From: Octopus vulgaris
Lineage: Eukaryota
Assembly (NCBI GenBank): GCA_951406725.2
Contig: OX597822.1
Span: 75,206,001-75,270,000, forward strand
Length of the DNA stretch: 64,000 nt
Direction: 5' to 3'
The position numbers were made by a program, and so were the translations under genes. The notes under the pieces were generated by a model, which saw only the letters and a list, made by a program, of their open reading frames with translations, was not told where the DNA came from and did not search any database. Below are positions 26,980 through 40,658 of this stretch, in pieces. Positions within the stretch are counted from its first letter, which is position 1. The number at the start of each line of letters is the position of its first letter.

Positions 26980-29270
26980 ACATACATACATACATACATA
27001 CATACATAAGTATGTCCTCATAAATGAAACTTCCCAATACTAAATAGGAAATATACATAGTATATATCATACTCCCATACCTACAGTTTACACAGGTAGA
27101 GTAGAATAGATGTGGGCTGTTACATAGATAGATGTATGTACATGTGTGTGTGTCGGTGTATGTATATATATGTATATGCACATGTATATAAGCATATGGA
27201 TATGAAAGTAAACAGATGAACATACAGACAGATAGGTTCATAGGTTATATGAACAGACAAGCACAGATACGCACTCATATACAAATGAAGTCTGAAACAC
27301 ATTACCATATATATACACACACACTTTACTTCACACAAGGACACATATGGAGACACACGTCTACCCATATGGAGATGCACATCCACACATACAAACACTG
27401 TACATAGTTGCAAAACACACACACACACACACACACACTCAGACGTGCACACACAAGGAGACAGGTACAGACACTCATACATAAAAGCACACAAACACAG
27501 ATACACAAACACATGAATATGCAGAATACATACCTACAAATATACGCACATACATACACATATACATATGCACACATGCATACATACATGCATGTGTAGG
27601 CACATACACACACTAACCCACACATGGCACACAAACAAACAAAAAGGAACACAGTGTGAATAACGGACCGAGTCAAAACTATTGAAATGGTTGCAAGATG
27701 CAATGAAAATTTTAGAAAAATAAGGAAGGAAATAAGTGGAAATTTTACTGGTGAATGTGTTAAATTATAAGGTTAAAATTTAATCACATGTGATCTATAA
27801 ATATTAAAAGTATAACAGTGAGAAGTATTATTTCTATTCCCTGATTGCTTGTTGATGGGCACGAGTATGTAAATCCATATAATAAAAGGGTGCACACCCT
27901 CAGTATGGTCATGTAAAGAGAAATGATAGCTAGTGCTGTCTGGGTAGCAGAGCATTGTGGAAGGTCACTGGGGTACATTTTTGTGGTCCAAACAAAAGCT
28001 TTGACTGATTGCTGACCCGTGATATCTCAGGTTGATCCAGGATCAACATAAGGTGGTTCATGGTTGAGCTTACCTGAATCAGTGATAAATGAGGATAAGA
28101 TAGTTATATTCAATTTAAAGAGGCCTCACTGAGCAGTCATTGGTAGAGCGCCTAGAAATAACTTGTAGTATTTAGTTATGCCCCTTTGTATTCTGAGTTC
28201 AAATTTTGCTGCAGTTAACCTGACCTCTCATTTGGCCAAACACTAATTAAATAATTACCAGTAATAATAGGCACAGGCATGGCTGTGTGGTTAAGAGACT
28301 TGCTTTGCAATCACGTGGCTTCAGGTTTAGTTCCACTGCTTGACACCTTGGGCAAGTATCTTCTACCCGGGCCTCAGGCCAACCAAGGCTTTTGAGTGGA
28401 CTTGGGAGATGAAAATTTTGTTGAAGTTTGTTGGTTTTCGCTATGTGTGTATGTGTGCATGTTTTTTTTTTGTGTGCACCACATGACAACTGATGTTGGT
28501 TTGTTTACATCCCCCTAATTTAGAGGCTTGACAAAAAAAGATCAATAGGACAATCACCATACTTAAAATAAGTGCTGTGCTTGATTTGTTTGATCAATGC
28601 AGGGGTACCACCTGGAAGGGTGGTGGTACACTCTCCACCTGTGTGGCTGCAGTCGAATTACTGATAAAATTAAAAGGTTCTATACAGAGTCCCACTACAT
28701 GGCACCTTGGGCAAATATCTTCTACTGTAGCCTTGAGAATGGATTTAGTCTGCAGAAACTGCAAGAAGTCAGCAAGCTGGCAAAATTGTTAGCACACCGG
28801 GTAAAATGCTTAGTGGTATTTCGTCTGCCGCTGTGTTCTGAGTTCAAATTCAGCCAAGGTTGACTTAGCCTTTCATCCTTTTGGGGTCGATTAAATAAGT
28901 ACCAGTTACGCACTGGGGTCGATGTAATCAACTTAATCCCTTTGTTTGTCCTTGTTTGTCCCCTCTATGTTTAGCCCCTTGTGGGCAATAAAGAAATAAG
29001 AAACTGAAAGAAGTCTGTCATGTATATTTATATATGTGTGTGTGTGATTGTCAACTACCGCCGCCACCACCACCACTGCTTGACAACCAGTGTTGGTGTG
29101 TTTATGTTCTTGTAACTTACTGGTTAGGCAAAAGAGACTGCAGAATGAGTACTGAGGTCAATTAGTTCCAACTAAGATTCTGCAAGGTGGTGCCCCAACA
29201 TGGCCATAGTCTAACAACTGAAACAAGTAAGAGTTAAAAGATAATCATAAAAAATTTGCATAAGAAATCA

Positions 29271-29537
29271 TTAACCCTTTAGCAATCAGTTTATTCTGTC
29301 AGAGGTATTCAAATTCTGCTGGGGTCGACTTTTCCTTTTGTCCTTTCGGGGTCGATAGAGTGGCTGTGTGGTAAGTAGCTTGCTTACCAACCATTTGGTT
29401 CCGGGTTCAGTCTCACTGCGTAGCACCTTGGGCAAATGTCTTCTACTTTAGCCTTGGGCCGGCCAAAGCCTTGTGAGTGGATTTGGTAGACAGAAACTGA
29501 AAGAAGCCCATCGTATATATGTCTGTATATATATATA

Positions 29538-29568
<31 letters not shown>

Positions 29569-30066
29569 TTGTTCCCCCCCCCAACATCACTTGACAACGA
29601 TGCTGGTGTGTTTACGTCTCCATAACTTAGCGGTTCAGCAAAAGAGACCGATAGAATAAGTACTAGGCTTACAAAGAATAAGTCCTGGGGTTAATTTGCT
29701 CGACTAAAAGTGGTGCTTCAGCATGGCCACAGTCAAATGACTGAAACAAGTAAAAGAGTACCAGTGAAATACTGGGTGGGGGAGGGTTTTGATGTAATTG
29801 ACTAGTTCCCTCCCCACAAATTTCAGGCCCCTTGTACCTTTAGTAGAAAGCATTATTCTGTCAAATGTAATCCTTATTTATTCGCATTGTTTTGAATTAA
29901 TTGTTGTATCATCTTGCAGCTTTGAAATTTCAATGAAGTGATTGTATATTTTTAGAATGACATTGTAGGGTAGGTGGGAAAGGCCAGAACTGGTTTGTGC
30001 AAACATGAAACATATAGAATAAAATATTTTGGCTGGATGTGGCTGGTTTAAATGCTAAGGGGTTAA
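29271..30066. mobile_element. piggyBac-like MITE (TTAA-CCC...GGG-TTAA) split by nested SINEs
   Basis: ttaaccctttagca at 29271 and tgctaaggggttaa ending 30066. Duplicated ttattctgtca flanks the SINE insertion. Related copies at ~34748-35380 and ~38600-38959. Confidence 0.65.
29358..29760 (+). mobile_element. SINE family B (tRNA head, CORE-like ccttgggcaagt segment, internal microsatellite)
   Basis: gagtggctgtgtggtaagtagcttgcttacc...gggttcagtc...gaagccc.tcgtatat(TA/TG)n...tgactgaaacaagtaaaa. More than 20 copies in the window. Confidence 0.85.
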
Positions 30067-30189
30067 GTTTAAGGAGAAGTGTAGAATGCATGGCTTCTAC
30101 TGGCTTTGTTGCGGTTTAGCCTTGAGGTAGCATGAGAAAGTGGATGTGAAATGTTCTCCAAGTGTTATGGCCAAAAGAGGAAGATATCT

Positions 30190-30595
30190 TATTTCTTTAC
30201 TGCCCACATGGGGCTACACACAGAAGGGACAAACAAACAGAATAAGTCGATTATATCGACTCCAGTGCGTAACTGGTACTTATTTAATTGACCCCGAAAG
30301 GATGAAAGACAAAGTCGACCTCGTTGGAATTTAAACTCAGAACATAGCAGAAGATGAAATACCTATTTCTTTACTACCCACAAGGGGCTAAATACAGAGC
30401 GGACAAACAAGGACAGACACACGGATTAAGTCGATTACATTAACCCCAGTGTGTAACTGGTACTTATTTAATCGACCCTGAAAGGATGAAAGGCAAAGTC
30501 AACCTCGGTGGAATTTGAACTCAGAATGTAACGGCAGACGAAATACCGCTAAGCATTTCGCCCGACGCGCTAACGATTCTGCCAGCTCACCGTCT
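30190..30595 (-). mobile_element. SINE family A, tandem pair
   Basis: Two successive reverse-complement copies. Confidence 0.8.
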
Positions 30596-33500
30596 TAAGA
30601 AAGAGGAAGATATCATTATATCAAGTTGGCATCAGCTGCAGTCACCCTTACACCACAGTGTGCCACTCATCTCTGTTAGCCTTATCTGTTATATGTGGAG
30701 TCATGTGGCTTAGTGGTTAGGGTGTTGGACTCATAATCACAAGATTGTGGTTTCGATTCCTGGACTGGGTGACACATGTTTTCAAACAAAACACTTTCCT
30801 GTTGCTCCAGTCCACTCAGCTGGCAAAAATGAGTAATCCTGTGACTGAACAGCATCCCATCCGGTGGGGAACTTATATATGCCACTGAAACTGGGAAACC
30901 AGCCCTTATGTGTTGGCACAACTCATAAGGTAACTTCATCTGTTGTATCCATGTTCAGGTTCTAATTGTGTCCTGCATGTATGACACCAGGTGCCTGCAG
31001 CTGGTCATTACATATCAAATATACATAACATACATGCACAAACAAGTATGGCTATGTGGTAGGAAGTTTGCTTCTCAACCACAGGATTCCAGGTTCAATC
31101 CTACTGTGTGGCATCTTGGGCAAATGTCTTCTTCTATAGCCCTGGGTTGACCATATATTTGTGTGTGTATTTGGTTGGTGGAAATTGAAAGTGGCTTGTT
31201 CAGTCTATTTATCCATCTGTCTATTTATCTGTCTGTCTGAGTGTATGTGTGTGTGTGAGCACATGCTTGTATTTGTCCACAATCACCACTTGACAAATGG
31301 TGTTGGTTTGTTTACATCCCCTTACCTGTTTGTGAAAAGAGGCCAACAGAATAAATACCAGGCTTAGAAAAAAGTACCAGTGTTGATTCATTCTACTAAA
31401 ATTCTCCAAGGTGGTGCCCCAGCATGGCCACAATCTAATGACTGAAACAAGTAAAAAATAAAAAATAAATATGGATGTAGGCGTGGCTGTGTGGTAAGAA
31501 GCTTGCTTCCCAGCTACATGGTTCCAGGTTCAGTCCCACTGTGTGGCACCTTGGACAAGTGGATTTGGTAAACAGAAACTGAAAGAAGCCTGTCATGTAC
31601 ATATTGTCCTCTGACTGGCTCCCGTGCCAGTAGCATGTAAACAGCACTATTTATATGTACACTTGCAGTCAGCTACTTGCCTAGATGAGAATTCATTGCC
31701 TCTGATACAGGAAATATTGAATAAAACTTCCCCAAACAGTCTTAAGACCCTACATTCCTCTTTGACTAAGATATTAAAAAAAAAAAAAAATTTCAGGGCA
31801 GATCGGGGAAGCCTTATTATGCAGTCACTGAACCTAATAGAAATAGCAGCCAAATTTCTCTTAAGTCATACCCTACCATCTTAAAATAAGAAGGTGGTGG
31901 TTTGAACAATTTGTTTTTTCATAAGGATGCTGGTTGATGTGATTTGAAGAGATTTGACTGCCACTCTGGTACATCATGTGTTTTATAGCACAGTACGTCC
32001 ATAAGAGATGTTATTTTAGGACAAATCCCACAGTAACTGGCCTAGCAAATGTGTATAGACATTAAGTAAGATACATAGATGACTGGTCTGCCTTGGTCCA
32101 CTAGACCAGTCAAAGATATTTTATATATTGATCCTCCTTGTATTTTTTTTTCAGACATAACATAAATTGTTTATTGTTGTTGCTTAGTCTCTTCTGCTCT
32201 GATCCAGTAAACTGACCAAATGTGTTTCTATGGTGACCATCCCATATTATATTTTTGGACATAGTGTGTATAGAATTACAGTATTTAATTCTCAACCACC
32301 ACCACCTGATTTTAAGATGGAAGGGTATGACTTAAGAGAAATTTGGCTGCTATTTCTAGCAGGTTCAGTGACTGCATAGTGAGGCTTCCCAGATCTGCCC
32401 TGAAATTTTATTATTTTTTTAATATCTTAGTCAAAGAGGAATGTAGGGTCTTAAGACTGTTTGGGGAAGGGAGGAAATTATTTTCAGATTAGAGATGTGA
32501 CTTGAACAATTTTTCTTTTTTACATAAGGATGTTGGCTTTCTAGCAAGTTAAATGACCATGCAGAGGCTTCCTCATTGGTCCATGTCTGTTGAGTTGTGT
32601 ATGCATTAGTGTGTGTGTGTGTATGTGAATCTGTGTAAGAGTGATTCTGTTTCCAAATGTGTGTAACAGTGGAATTGTACATGAATGTGCTAGTGAGCTC
32701 ATTGGCATTGTTGTTATCCTTCAACGTCCACTTTTCTATGCTGGCATGGGTCAGACGAAATTTGTTGAGGCATATTTTCTATGGTTGGATGCCTTTCCTT
32801 TTGCCTACCCTCTCCTATCTCCGAGCAAAGTAATATTTCCCTGCTCACAAGACTTTGGTTGGCCAAGGTGCTGTGCTGTGGGACTGAACTGGGAACCACA
32901 CCTGTGCCTTTGTTTCTGCCTGTGTGTGTGTGTGTGCATGAAAAGCCTTGCTGTTTTGTTGTGCATCTTTTTTCAAGTGTGTGGTGCACGTGTGCGTATT
33001 TCTGGGTGCTAGACTTAACCCATAGTTTGGTTTTACACTCACCTCCTGGACTGTGCGTTCTTTTTGCGGATTCTACTCTACCGCAAGCATTAAGGCCATG
33101 TTTCTGGTTTCAGAATAACTTTTTCTTTTCTTTTCCTTCCACCCATCCTGAGGCTCCAAAAAAAGCAATTGATTAAGAGATTACACTGAGAGTTTCCATG
33201 TATCCATTTTTGGAGGCAAAATGACTGAGTTCCTTCCAAGCTTTGGGACTCATGGAGGCAAAGTGGCTGAGTTCCACAGGGTCCTATCAGAAGCTACCAA
33301 CATTTGACTCACTGAATGGCTTGCCAAGCATAATGATCTGAAACTATGTATACTATCCAACCATCTCTTGGTAGTTGGCTCTTGTTGAAGGAGAATCTGT
33401 CTTACAATCCTTACCTGTGATATTCTAATTGTGAGAGTTTGTGATCTCCTCATTCTTTTCAGGTTTTCTTTTGCTATACATTATTTACATTTGACGGATG

Positions 33501-34849
33501 TTTGTCCTCATCTTGTTTGTTTGTTGTTAATACAACGTTTCAGCTGATATACCCTCTTGAGGAAATTTAAAACCTGGGTTCTCATTCTTAAGGTATTTTT
33601 CGATGTTATTGTTATTATTAATATTATTATTCAGGTCACTGCCTGGAATCGAACTCGGAATCTTGGGGTTAGTAGCCCGTGCTCTTAACCACTAGGCCAT
33701 ATGCCCCCTACTGTATTTCTTTTGCTATGTTGACCTTTAAGTATTTTAACTCTCATCTGTTCTTTCAGATTTCAAACATTTTCTGTAGTTCTTTCATATC
33801 AAAGCCATCTAAGATTTCTGAAGGATCTCATATTCTGGGACTACTATAAAGAGAAACTGGTCAGAGACCCAGTAAATACCCCATCCACACAGTAGATTTG
33901 TTCATGATTTTTCATATCAGTTTTTCTGCCTGTGGTTTTCTCAGTGCCCAACCACACAACTGAGGGTGGTGGTAGTTTCTTTGTCAGAAGATGCAGTAAG
34001 CTTTTCTTCCTGCCTGCGCCGAGTAGTTTAAAAGTGAAGGTCAGTCCGTATAATCTGATTCCTCTCATTAGATTTGGAAGTTTGACCACAGTGACTTAGT
34101 GAGCTAAAATGGTTGTGGTGACCAGCAAGCTCTAGGTTTTACATGTGTCTTTTCCAAGGTGAATGATTTTACAAGGCTGGGGAGTTCTACCTCCCTGGAG
34201 TTGTCAGAAGAGTGTCAAAGAAAGCACTGGACTACCCGAAAGCCTCCATTTCTTGATTTGCTGTCGAAAATGACTCCACTAGCCTTTTCCTTTCCCACGA
34301 CACTCGCAAGGCAGTGAGGGTTTGTGCTTGGAGTTTCTTCTAAAAACATGCAAATTAACCCATAACTAGGGCCCTGACAGGTGCTGTTTCTCTAGGTCAG
34401 AGCGGACCTGAGTGCAACAGTGGCAACCTGGGCGTTCCACATTTCTCAAAACCATGGAACTCCCAAACCAGGATGCAGTTTAAGGTCAGACCCAGGACCT
34501 ATTCTCATACCTACCATAGAGTATATAACCTAATTAAAGACTTTCTCCTGGATGATAATTGCTCTGTGGAATTGTCAATAAATTAGTTTGAATTTCAAAG
34601 TTTGAGTCATAAAGATTGATGAGATTGTTAATTCAATTATTACATTTTATATGTATCATTTTTGATGGCATAAACAATAGGGGTGCATGTTAGATGCACC
34701 CTAATTTCAGCAGGGCATATTTAGGAAAAAAAAAAGATTCTAATGCATTAACTGTTTAGCATTCAGATGACTCTGACAAATATAACGCTTCATTTATTCA
34801 TAATGATTTGAATTAACCATCTCATAGTTTTGTGATTTCGATTATGTAC

Positions 34850-35255
34850 TCTTTTACTCTTTTACTTGTTTCAGTCATGTGACTGTGGCTATGCTGCAGC
34901 ACCGCCTTTAGTCGAGCAAATCGGCCCCAGGAACTTATTCTTTGTAAGCCTAGTACTTACTCTATAGGTCTCTTTTGCTGAACTGCTAAGTTACGGGGAC
35001 GTAAACACATCAGCATCGGTTGTCAAGTGATATTGGGTGGACGAACACACACACACACACACACAACACACACACATATATACATATATATACGACGAGC
35101 TTCTTTCAGTTTCCGTCTACCAAATCCACTCACAAATCCTTGGTTGGCCTGAGGCTATAGTAGAAGACACTTGCCCAAGGTACCACGCAGTGGGACTGAA
35201 CCCGGAACCGTGTGGTTCATAAGCAAGCTACTTACCACACAGCCACTCCTACGCC
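34850..35255 (-). mobile_element. SINE family B, full length
   Basis: Reverse-complement consensus match, nested in a piggyBac-like MITE. Confidence 0.85.
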
Positions 35256-37710
35256 TATGTCATTACTTATTTTCATAATGATAAATCAGGGTAGGTATGA
35301 GAGACTGGATCTGGCCAGTTTGGACATAAAACAGGTTGAATATTTGGGCTGGATATGGCAGGTTTAAATGCTAAAAGTTGAAGCACAAAACAAGGCTTAT
35401 GGGGGCACCCAACATTGCATATAAGACTCAGGGTGATTTTTTTTGGACATTTCTTTGTGGGGGAAAAAGTGTGTCTTAATGCCTTCAAATATGATACTGG
35501 CTTCCGTGCTGGTGGCACATAAAAAGCACCATTCATTACAGGCACGTGAAAAAACATTCGAGTGAGGTCGTTGCCAGTGCCACTGGACTGGCTCCTGTGC
35601 AGGTGGCACGTAAAAAAAACACCATTTGAGGGTGGCCATTGCCAGTACCGCCTGACTGGCCCTCGTGCTGGTGGCAATTAAAAGCACCCACTACACTCTT
35701 GGAGTGGTTAGCGTTAGAAAGGGCATCCAGCTGTGGAAACTGCCAGATCAAGATTGGAGCCTGGTGCAGCCATCTTGCTCGCCAGTCCCCAGTCAAATTG
35801 TCCAACCCATGCTAGCATGGAAAGCAGATGTTAAATGATGGTGATGATGATGATTGGAAAATTCAGTATTTCAACAATGACCTTTGGTTGCATATTGTTT
35901 TGGGAATCTTCAGAGTAGGCTAGTCTGAAGATTACCCAAACTGAGATGAAAGCATTGGTCACTCAGGTAACGAACCTACCAATTTCTGTAAATCTCTCTT
36001 TGGAAAACATACTGAATTATCCATCTTTTTATCATTTTAATTGGTTCTATCATTGGGCTGTGGTCATGCTGGAGCACCGTGGCTTACAACCATTTTTTAC
36101 CTATAGACTCTTTTGATTCCTATTTTACTCATAAAGGAGGTTAGGGGACCCTCATTGCGTCTAAAATCTTTTATATTATAATAAAATATTACTAGGAAAT
36201 GTATAAAAAAAATGTTTAAATATTTTCTATATTTTAGAAATATTACCAATTTGTTGCACATAAATGTTAACAACAAAATCTTATATGGACCCCTAAGGGG
36301 TTTAGTATTTATTTTATCAGTCTTTGTTGCCAAACTGTTAAGTTATAGGTATGTAAAGAAACCCACAGTAGTTGTCATGACATGGTGGGGACAAACACAG
36401 ACACACACACATATACATCCTCCCCACTTCATGTCCCATCGATCATTACCCTTCAACCTTTCAACTGCAGGCTGCCATCCCATCCCTGCTATGCTCCCCC
36501 ACTTACAACAAGCCTTGTGAGGCCACCTTGGACACCTCATCTCTTATCTGTCTCTTTGCAGCTCATCTGTAAGGATCTGCTCTGCCCCACCATTTCTCTG
36601 TCACTGTAAACCAGAGGTCCTCAAATGAGGTTCCTATAAACCTCGGAGGTCCTCATAAAATTTTGGCTGGGACCCATGCATGCTAAATAGAAAATTGGGG
36701 TTTCTCAGTAGTATTTTAAGGGTCCATATATAAATTTTGCTTTTGATGTATTTATTCTTTTCTACTCTAGGCATATGGCCCGACATTTTGGGGGGAGGAA
36801 GCCAGTCAATTAGATCGACCCCAGTATACAATTGGTACTTAATTTATCGACCTTGAAAGGATGAAAGGCAAACTTGACCTTGGCAGGATTTGAACTCAGA
36901 ACACAAAGACAGACGAAATATCACTAAGCATTTCGCCCGGCTCTCCGCTTATTTATTGCTGGAAACAACTAGGTTTGTTTCACTAAAGCTTAACACAGTC
37001 CAACATGTTTCCCATCATGGAAACATGTTCTATCAGAGTTCTTTCGCAACATTTGGAAAATAAAATAGGAATTTTATTGACCTTCCAAGGTCAATAAAAT
37101 AAAGTACCAGTCATCTACTGGGGATCATCACTATTGCCTACACTGCTACTCTTTTCTCAAAACTGATGTTCCTGTGCCTATATCAGAAACATTGATATGT
37201 GAAAAAGGCTTTTAACTCTGTTCAACTAATAAGTTTCATTCTGTTTTTTTAATTCATAGTTAAGCAGGTTAGAATCAGTAATAAGAAATACACTTGATTG
37301 TTCACACATACCTGCTTATTATTTGCTGGCAAGGACACCATATTTCATTATACATCCATATATACATCCATATATACTACCGAGTATGTTAAACGTTTAA
37401 AAGTCAGTGCTGCATCCTACCTGTGTTAGCAGTGCTATACAATCACTTTTTAAAGTTATCTTTACAAAATCTTCTATAGAAGTTAGGGTCAGCTCTGAAT
37501 GTTATGATGCTAATAGAAAAATTTACAAAACTTATCCCATTTATGATGATGATGAGTGGAAATTGAACCGGTGTGTTAAATATTAAGGCAGTATGACCCA
37601 CCCCAGACACAACAAAATTTGTTTCAACACACAAATTCACATAAAGAATCTTGCAAACCAGATACAAAAATGAAGTATATTAATGTTTCCTTTCCTGTTT
37701 TTCTTTTCAG

Positions 37711-38105
37711 GTTTTGGTAAGGTTTTACACTCGCAGTCCAGTTTCTCCAATCAAATTGTGAACAACAATTCTGTGAACTTCACTCCGTCCATCAACTACA
37801 CCAGTGATATCAATGATCTAAATGGCGTGTCAGCAGCTCCACAATCAGGCCCACTCATCGTCTCGGCTCACAGCGAAAATGGCGGTCAGATGCCGTCAAT
37901 TGAGCCGGTCCTCGTCGAGAAGGTCAACGATCATGACATGCTGCTTGATGATCTCCGCAAGACAGAACATGCGGAGAAAATGAAGAACATCCGGTTGGAG
38001 CGGAAACTAATCAATGTAGAACACAAAGCACGTATGGGTTTGATTAAACTCAAATCAGAATACATCAAACTTAAAATGGATTTTCTGCTGCAAAATAAAA
38101 GATAA
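37711..38105 (+). CDS. MSANTD3: MSANTD3-like protein, terminal coding exon (C-terminal coiled coil)
   Basis: Polypyrimidine acceptor tttcctgtttttcttttcag|G at 37710/37711. Phase 1 matches the exon-1 donor (G+GT=Gly). Encodes LLDDLRKTEHAEKMKNIRLERKLINVEHKARMGLIKLKSEYIKLKM, resembling the EH..KM coiled-coil end of MSANTD3. Stop TAA at 38103-38105. Confidence 0.85.
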
Positions 38106-38779
38106 TTTTTGAAAAAAAAAGCCCCAAAAAAACAAAACGAAACAAAAAACAACCACAACAACAAAAAACATACGAAGATGCAGCAATAACCTAGTGGTTT
38201 TGAAGTTCACTTCAAAACCATTGTTCTAGGTTCAATTCCACTGCACAGCACTTTGGGCAAGTGTCTTCTTCTCTAGCAATGGATTCACCAATACCTTGTG
38301 AATAAAATTCGGTAGACAGAAACTGTGCTGAAGCCCATCATATATATATTATATGTATATGTGTATATGTGTATAGTGGTATAGAATGGTGTGTTGAGTT
38401 GGACCCCATTACAGCTAAAGATAGAACTTAAACCATTCGATAACTAGAAGTCAATGCAATATGTATTAGTTTGAAGTAAGTTCTGGGGTTGATGTTAGTG
38501 ATTGAAAAACCTTTCAGTGTTACCTTCACAAGGTTGTAATCCAATGAGTGAAACCAGTAAGAGAGTCTGTAAATAATATAAAAAGCAAAGATTGCTTTAG
38601 ACCCTTTAGTATTCAGATTACTCTAATGTAATGCTTATTTATTCACATTGTTTTAGACTACTCTTGTAGCTTTGAGATTTCAAAGATGTGATTGCTTATC
38701 TTTAGATTGACATTGAAGGGTAGGTGTGAGAAGCAGGATCTGGCCACTTTGAATGTAAAAGCAGGTAGAATATTTGGGT

Positions 38780-38816
<37 letters not shown>

Positions 38817-39014
38817 CCTGCTGAAATGCAAAAGGAAGAAATGTCAGGAACAGAATAACATTGTAGTGTAGGTGTGACAAGCAAGATCTGGCTAGTTTGA
38901 ATGTAAAAACAGGTAGAATATTTGGGCTGGAAACAGCTGGCTGAAATGCAGAAGGTTAACTTGAAAGGAAAGAAAAGACAAAAGAATCGTGTTGTTTATT
39001 AATTAATAGTTTTT

Positions 39015-39390
39015 GTGTGGTAAGTAGCTTGCTTACCAACCACATGGTTCCGGGTTCAGTCCCACTGCGTGGCACTTTCGGCAAGTGTCTTCTACTATAG
39101 CCTCGGGCCAACCAAAGCCTTATGAATGGATTTGGTAGATGGAAACTGAAAGAAGTCCGTCGTATATATGCCTATATATATATATGTATGCGTGTGTGTA
39201 TATGTTTGTCCTCACAACATCGCTTGTCAACCGATGCTGGTGTGTTTACATCCCCGTAACTTAGCGGTTCGGCAAAAGAGACCGATAGAATAAGTACTAG
39301 ACTTACAAAGAATAAGTCCTGGAGTCGGTTTGCTCAACTAAAGGTGGTGCTCCAGCATGGCCACAGTCAAATGACTGTAACTAGTAAAAG
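39015..39390 (+). mobile_element. SINE family B
   Basis: Consensus match downstream of the stop codon. Confidence 0.85.
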
Positions 39391-39879
39391 AGATAGTAGG
39401 TAGATAGCCAATCATACATTTTGTTTTTCTCTACAAAAGCCATAACCACTACCAATAGCAGCTGTGTCTAGTAGAAAATATTTCTAAATATATATTTTTT
39501 TTTTCGTCCAATGAGAAAAAAAAAAGCATAGCTGATTGTAGTAATGAATTGGGCTTCCAGTTGATGGCTTTTGTGTTCTCATTGATTACAAGGGCTGTTG
39601 CTGTGCCATCAGGGCCAGGCACTGACGTCTGTGTTGCTTTCTCTCTTAGGCTGCATTGACTCCAAAAGATTAAGCTTTAAAACAAAATTTAGACCATGTG
39701 TAAGTCGTATGCGTGTGCACTAGGCATAGCCAATGGTTAAGGAGTTCATTTGACTGTCATGAAGCTCTAGATGGAATTTTGTGTGTCTTTTACCATAAGT
39801 CTTGTGAATGAAATTCATTCAAATTTTGTGAATGATTGACTCAAGATTTTATTGAAGGAAATTTTAAAGAACTGGCACT

Positions 39880-40166
39880 ATGTCAGTTATGGCGATTTGA
39901 TCCCAGTTGATTTGGCCAACGGAACAGTCTGCAAGAGACTGAGCACTTCCCAAACGTGTACCCATAACGTAGTTCTCAGGGAGATTCAGTGTGACACAGA
40001 ATGTGTAATGGCTGGCCCTTTGAATTAAAGGCACAACCCACTTTCACCAGCTGAGTGGACTTTGGCAATGAGAAATAAAGTGTCTTGCCCAAAGACATCA
40101 TGTACCACTGTGAATTGAACTCATGACCTTGTGATCATGAACCAAATACCCCTAACCACTAAGGCA
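39880..40166 (-). mobile_element. SINE family D (tRNA head plus CORE-like segment), diverged
   Basis: Minus strand gccttagtggttagggg...tgagttcaattc...tgggcaagacactttattt...gtccactcagctgg. Related copies at ~30700-30920 and ~59630-60050. Confidence 0.6.
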
Positions 40167-40388
40167 GATTAGGTAAACTGTGAAGGACTTTTGAATGGAT
40201 TAAGCCTGAACATCGAAGGTTAAGCTTTGTTACACATTGTATTCTGCTATAATTCTATCTGAGGATTATATTAATGGTATACACTAAGGAATACTCAACC
40301 ACTATCTCTGTAAATCATTTATTAGGCAGTTTAGTTGAGTGAATATCTGGAATTGCCAAAACCAACAAATGATCTAGTCTCTAGTTGC

Positions 40389-40444
<56 letters not shown>

Positions 40445-40604
40445 TATGTATATATAGGATATGAGGGGTTTAGTTCACTGATGATCTAACATGATTAGGT
40501 AGGCTGTGTAAGTGCTATAATTGGTTATCCGTTAGATTCCAAGTTCACATCTGAGGCTGGAACTAGGGATCTGTAGAAGGCTTCCCAGTTAGCACTTTCC
40601 TCTA

Positions 40605-40658
<54 letters not shown>

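Larger units (their letters stand above)
20487..37710 (+). other. 17,224-bp GT-AG intron of the MSANTD3-like gene, packed with SINEs, MITEs and LINE fragments
   Basis: GT at 20487, AG at 37709-37710, frame-compatible join. No other convincing exon seen inside. Confidence 0.75.
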
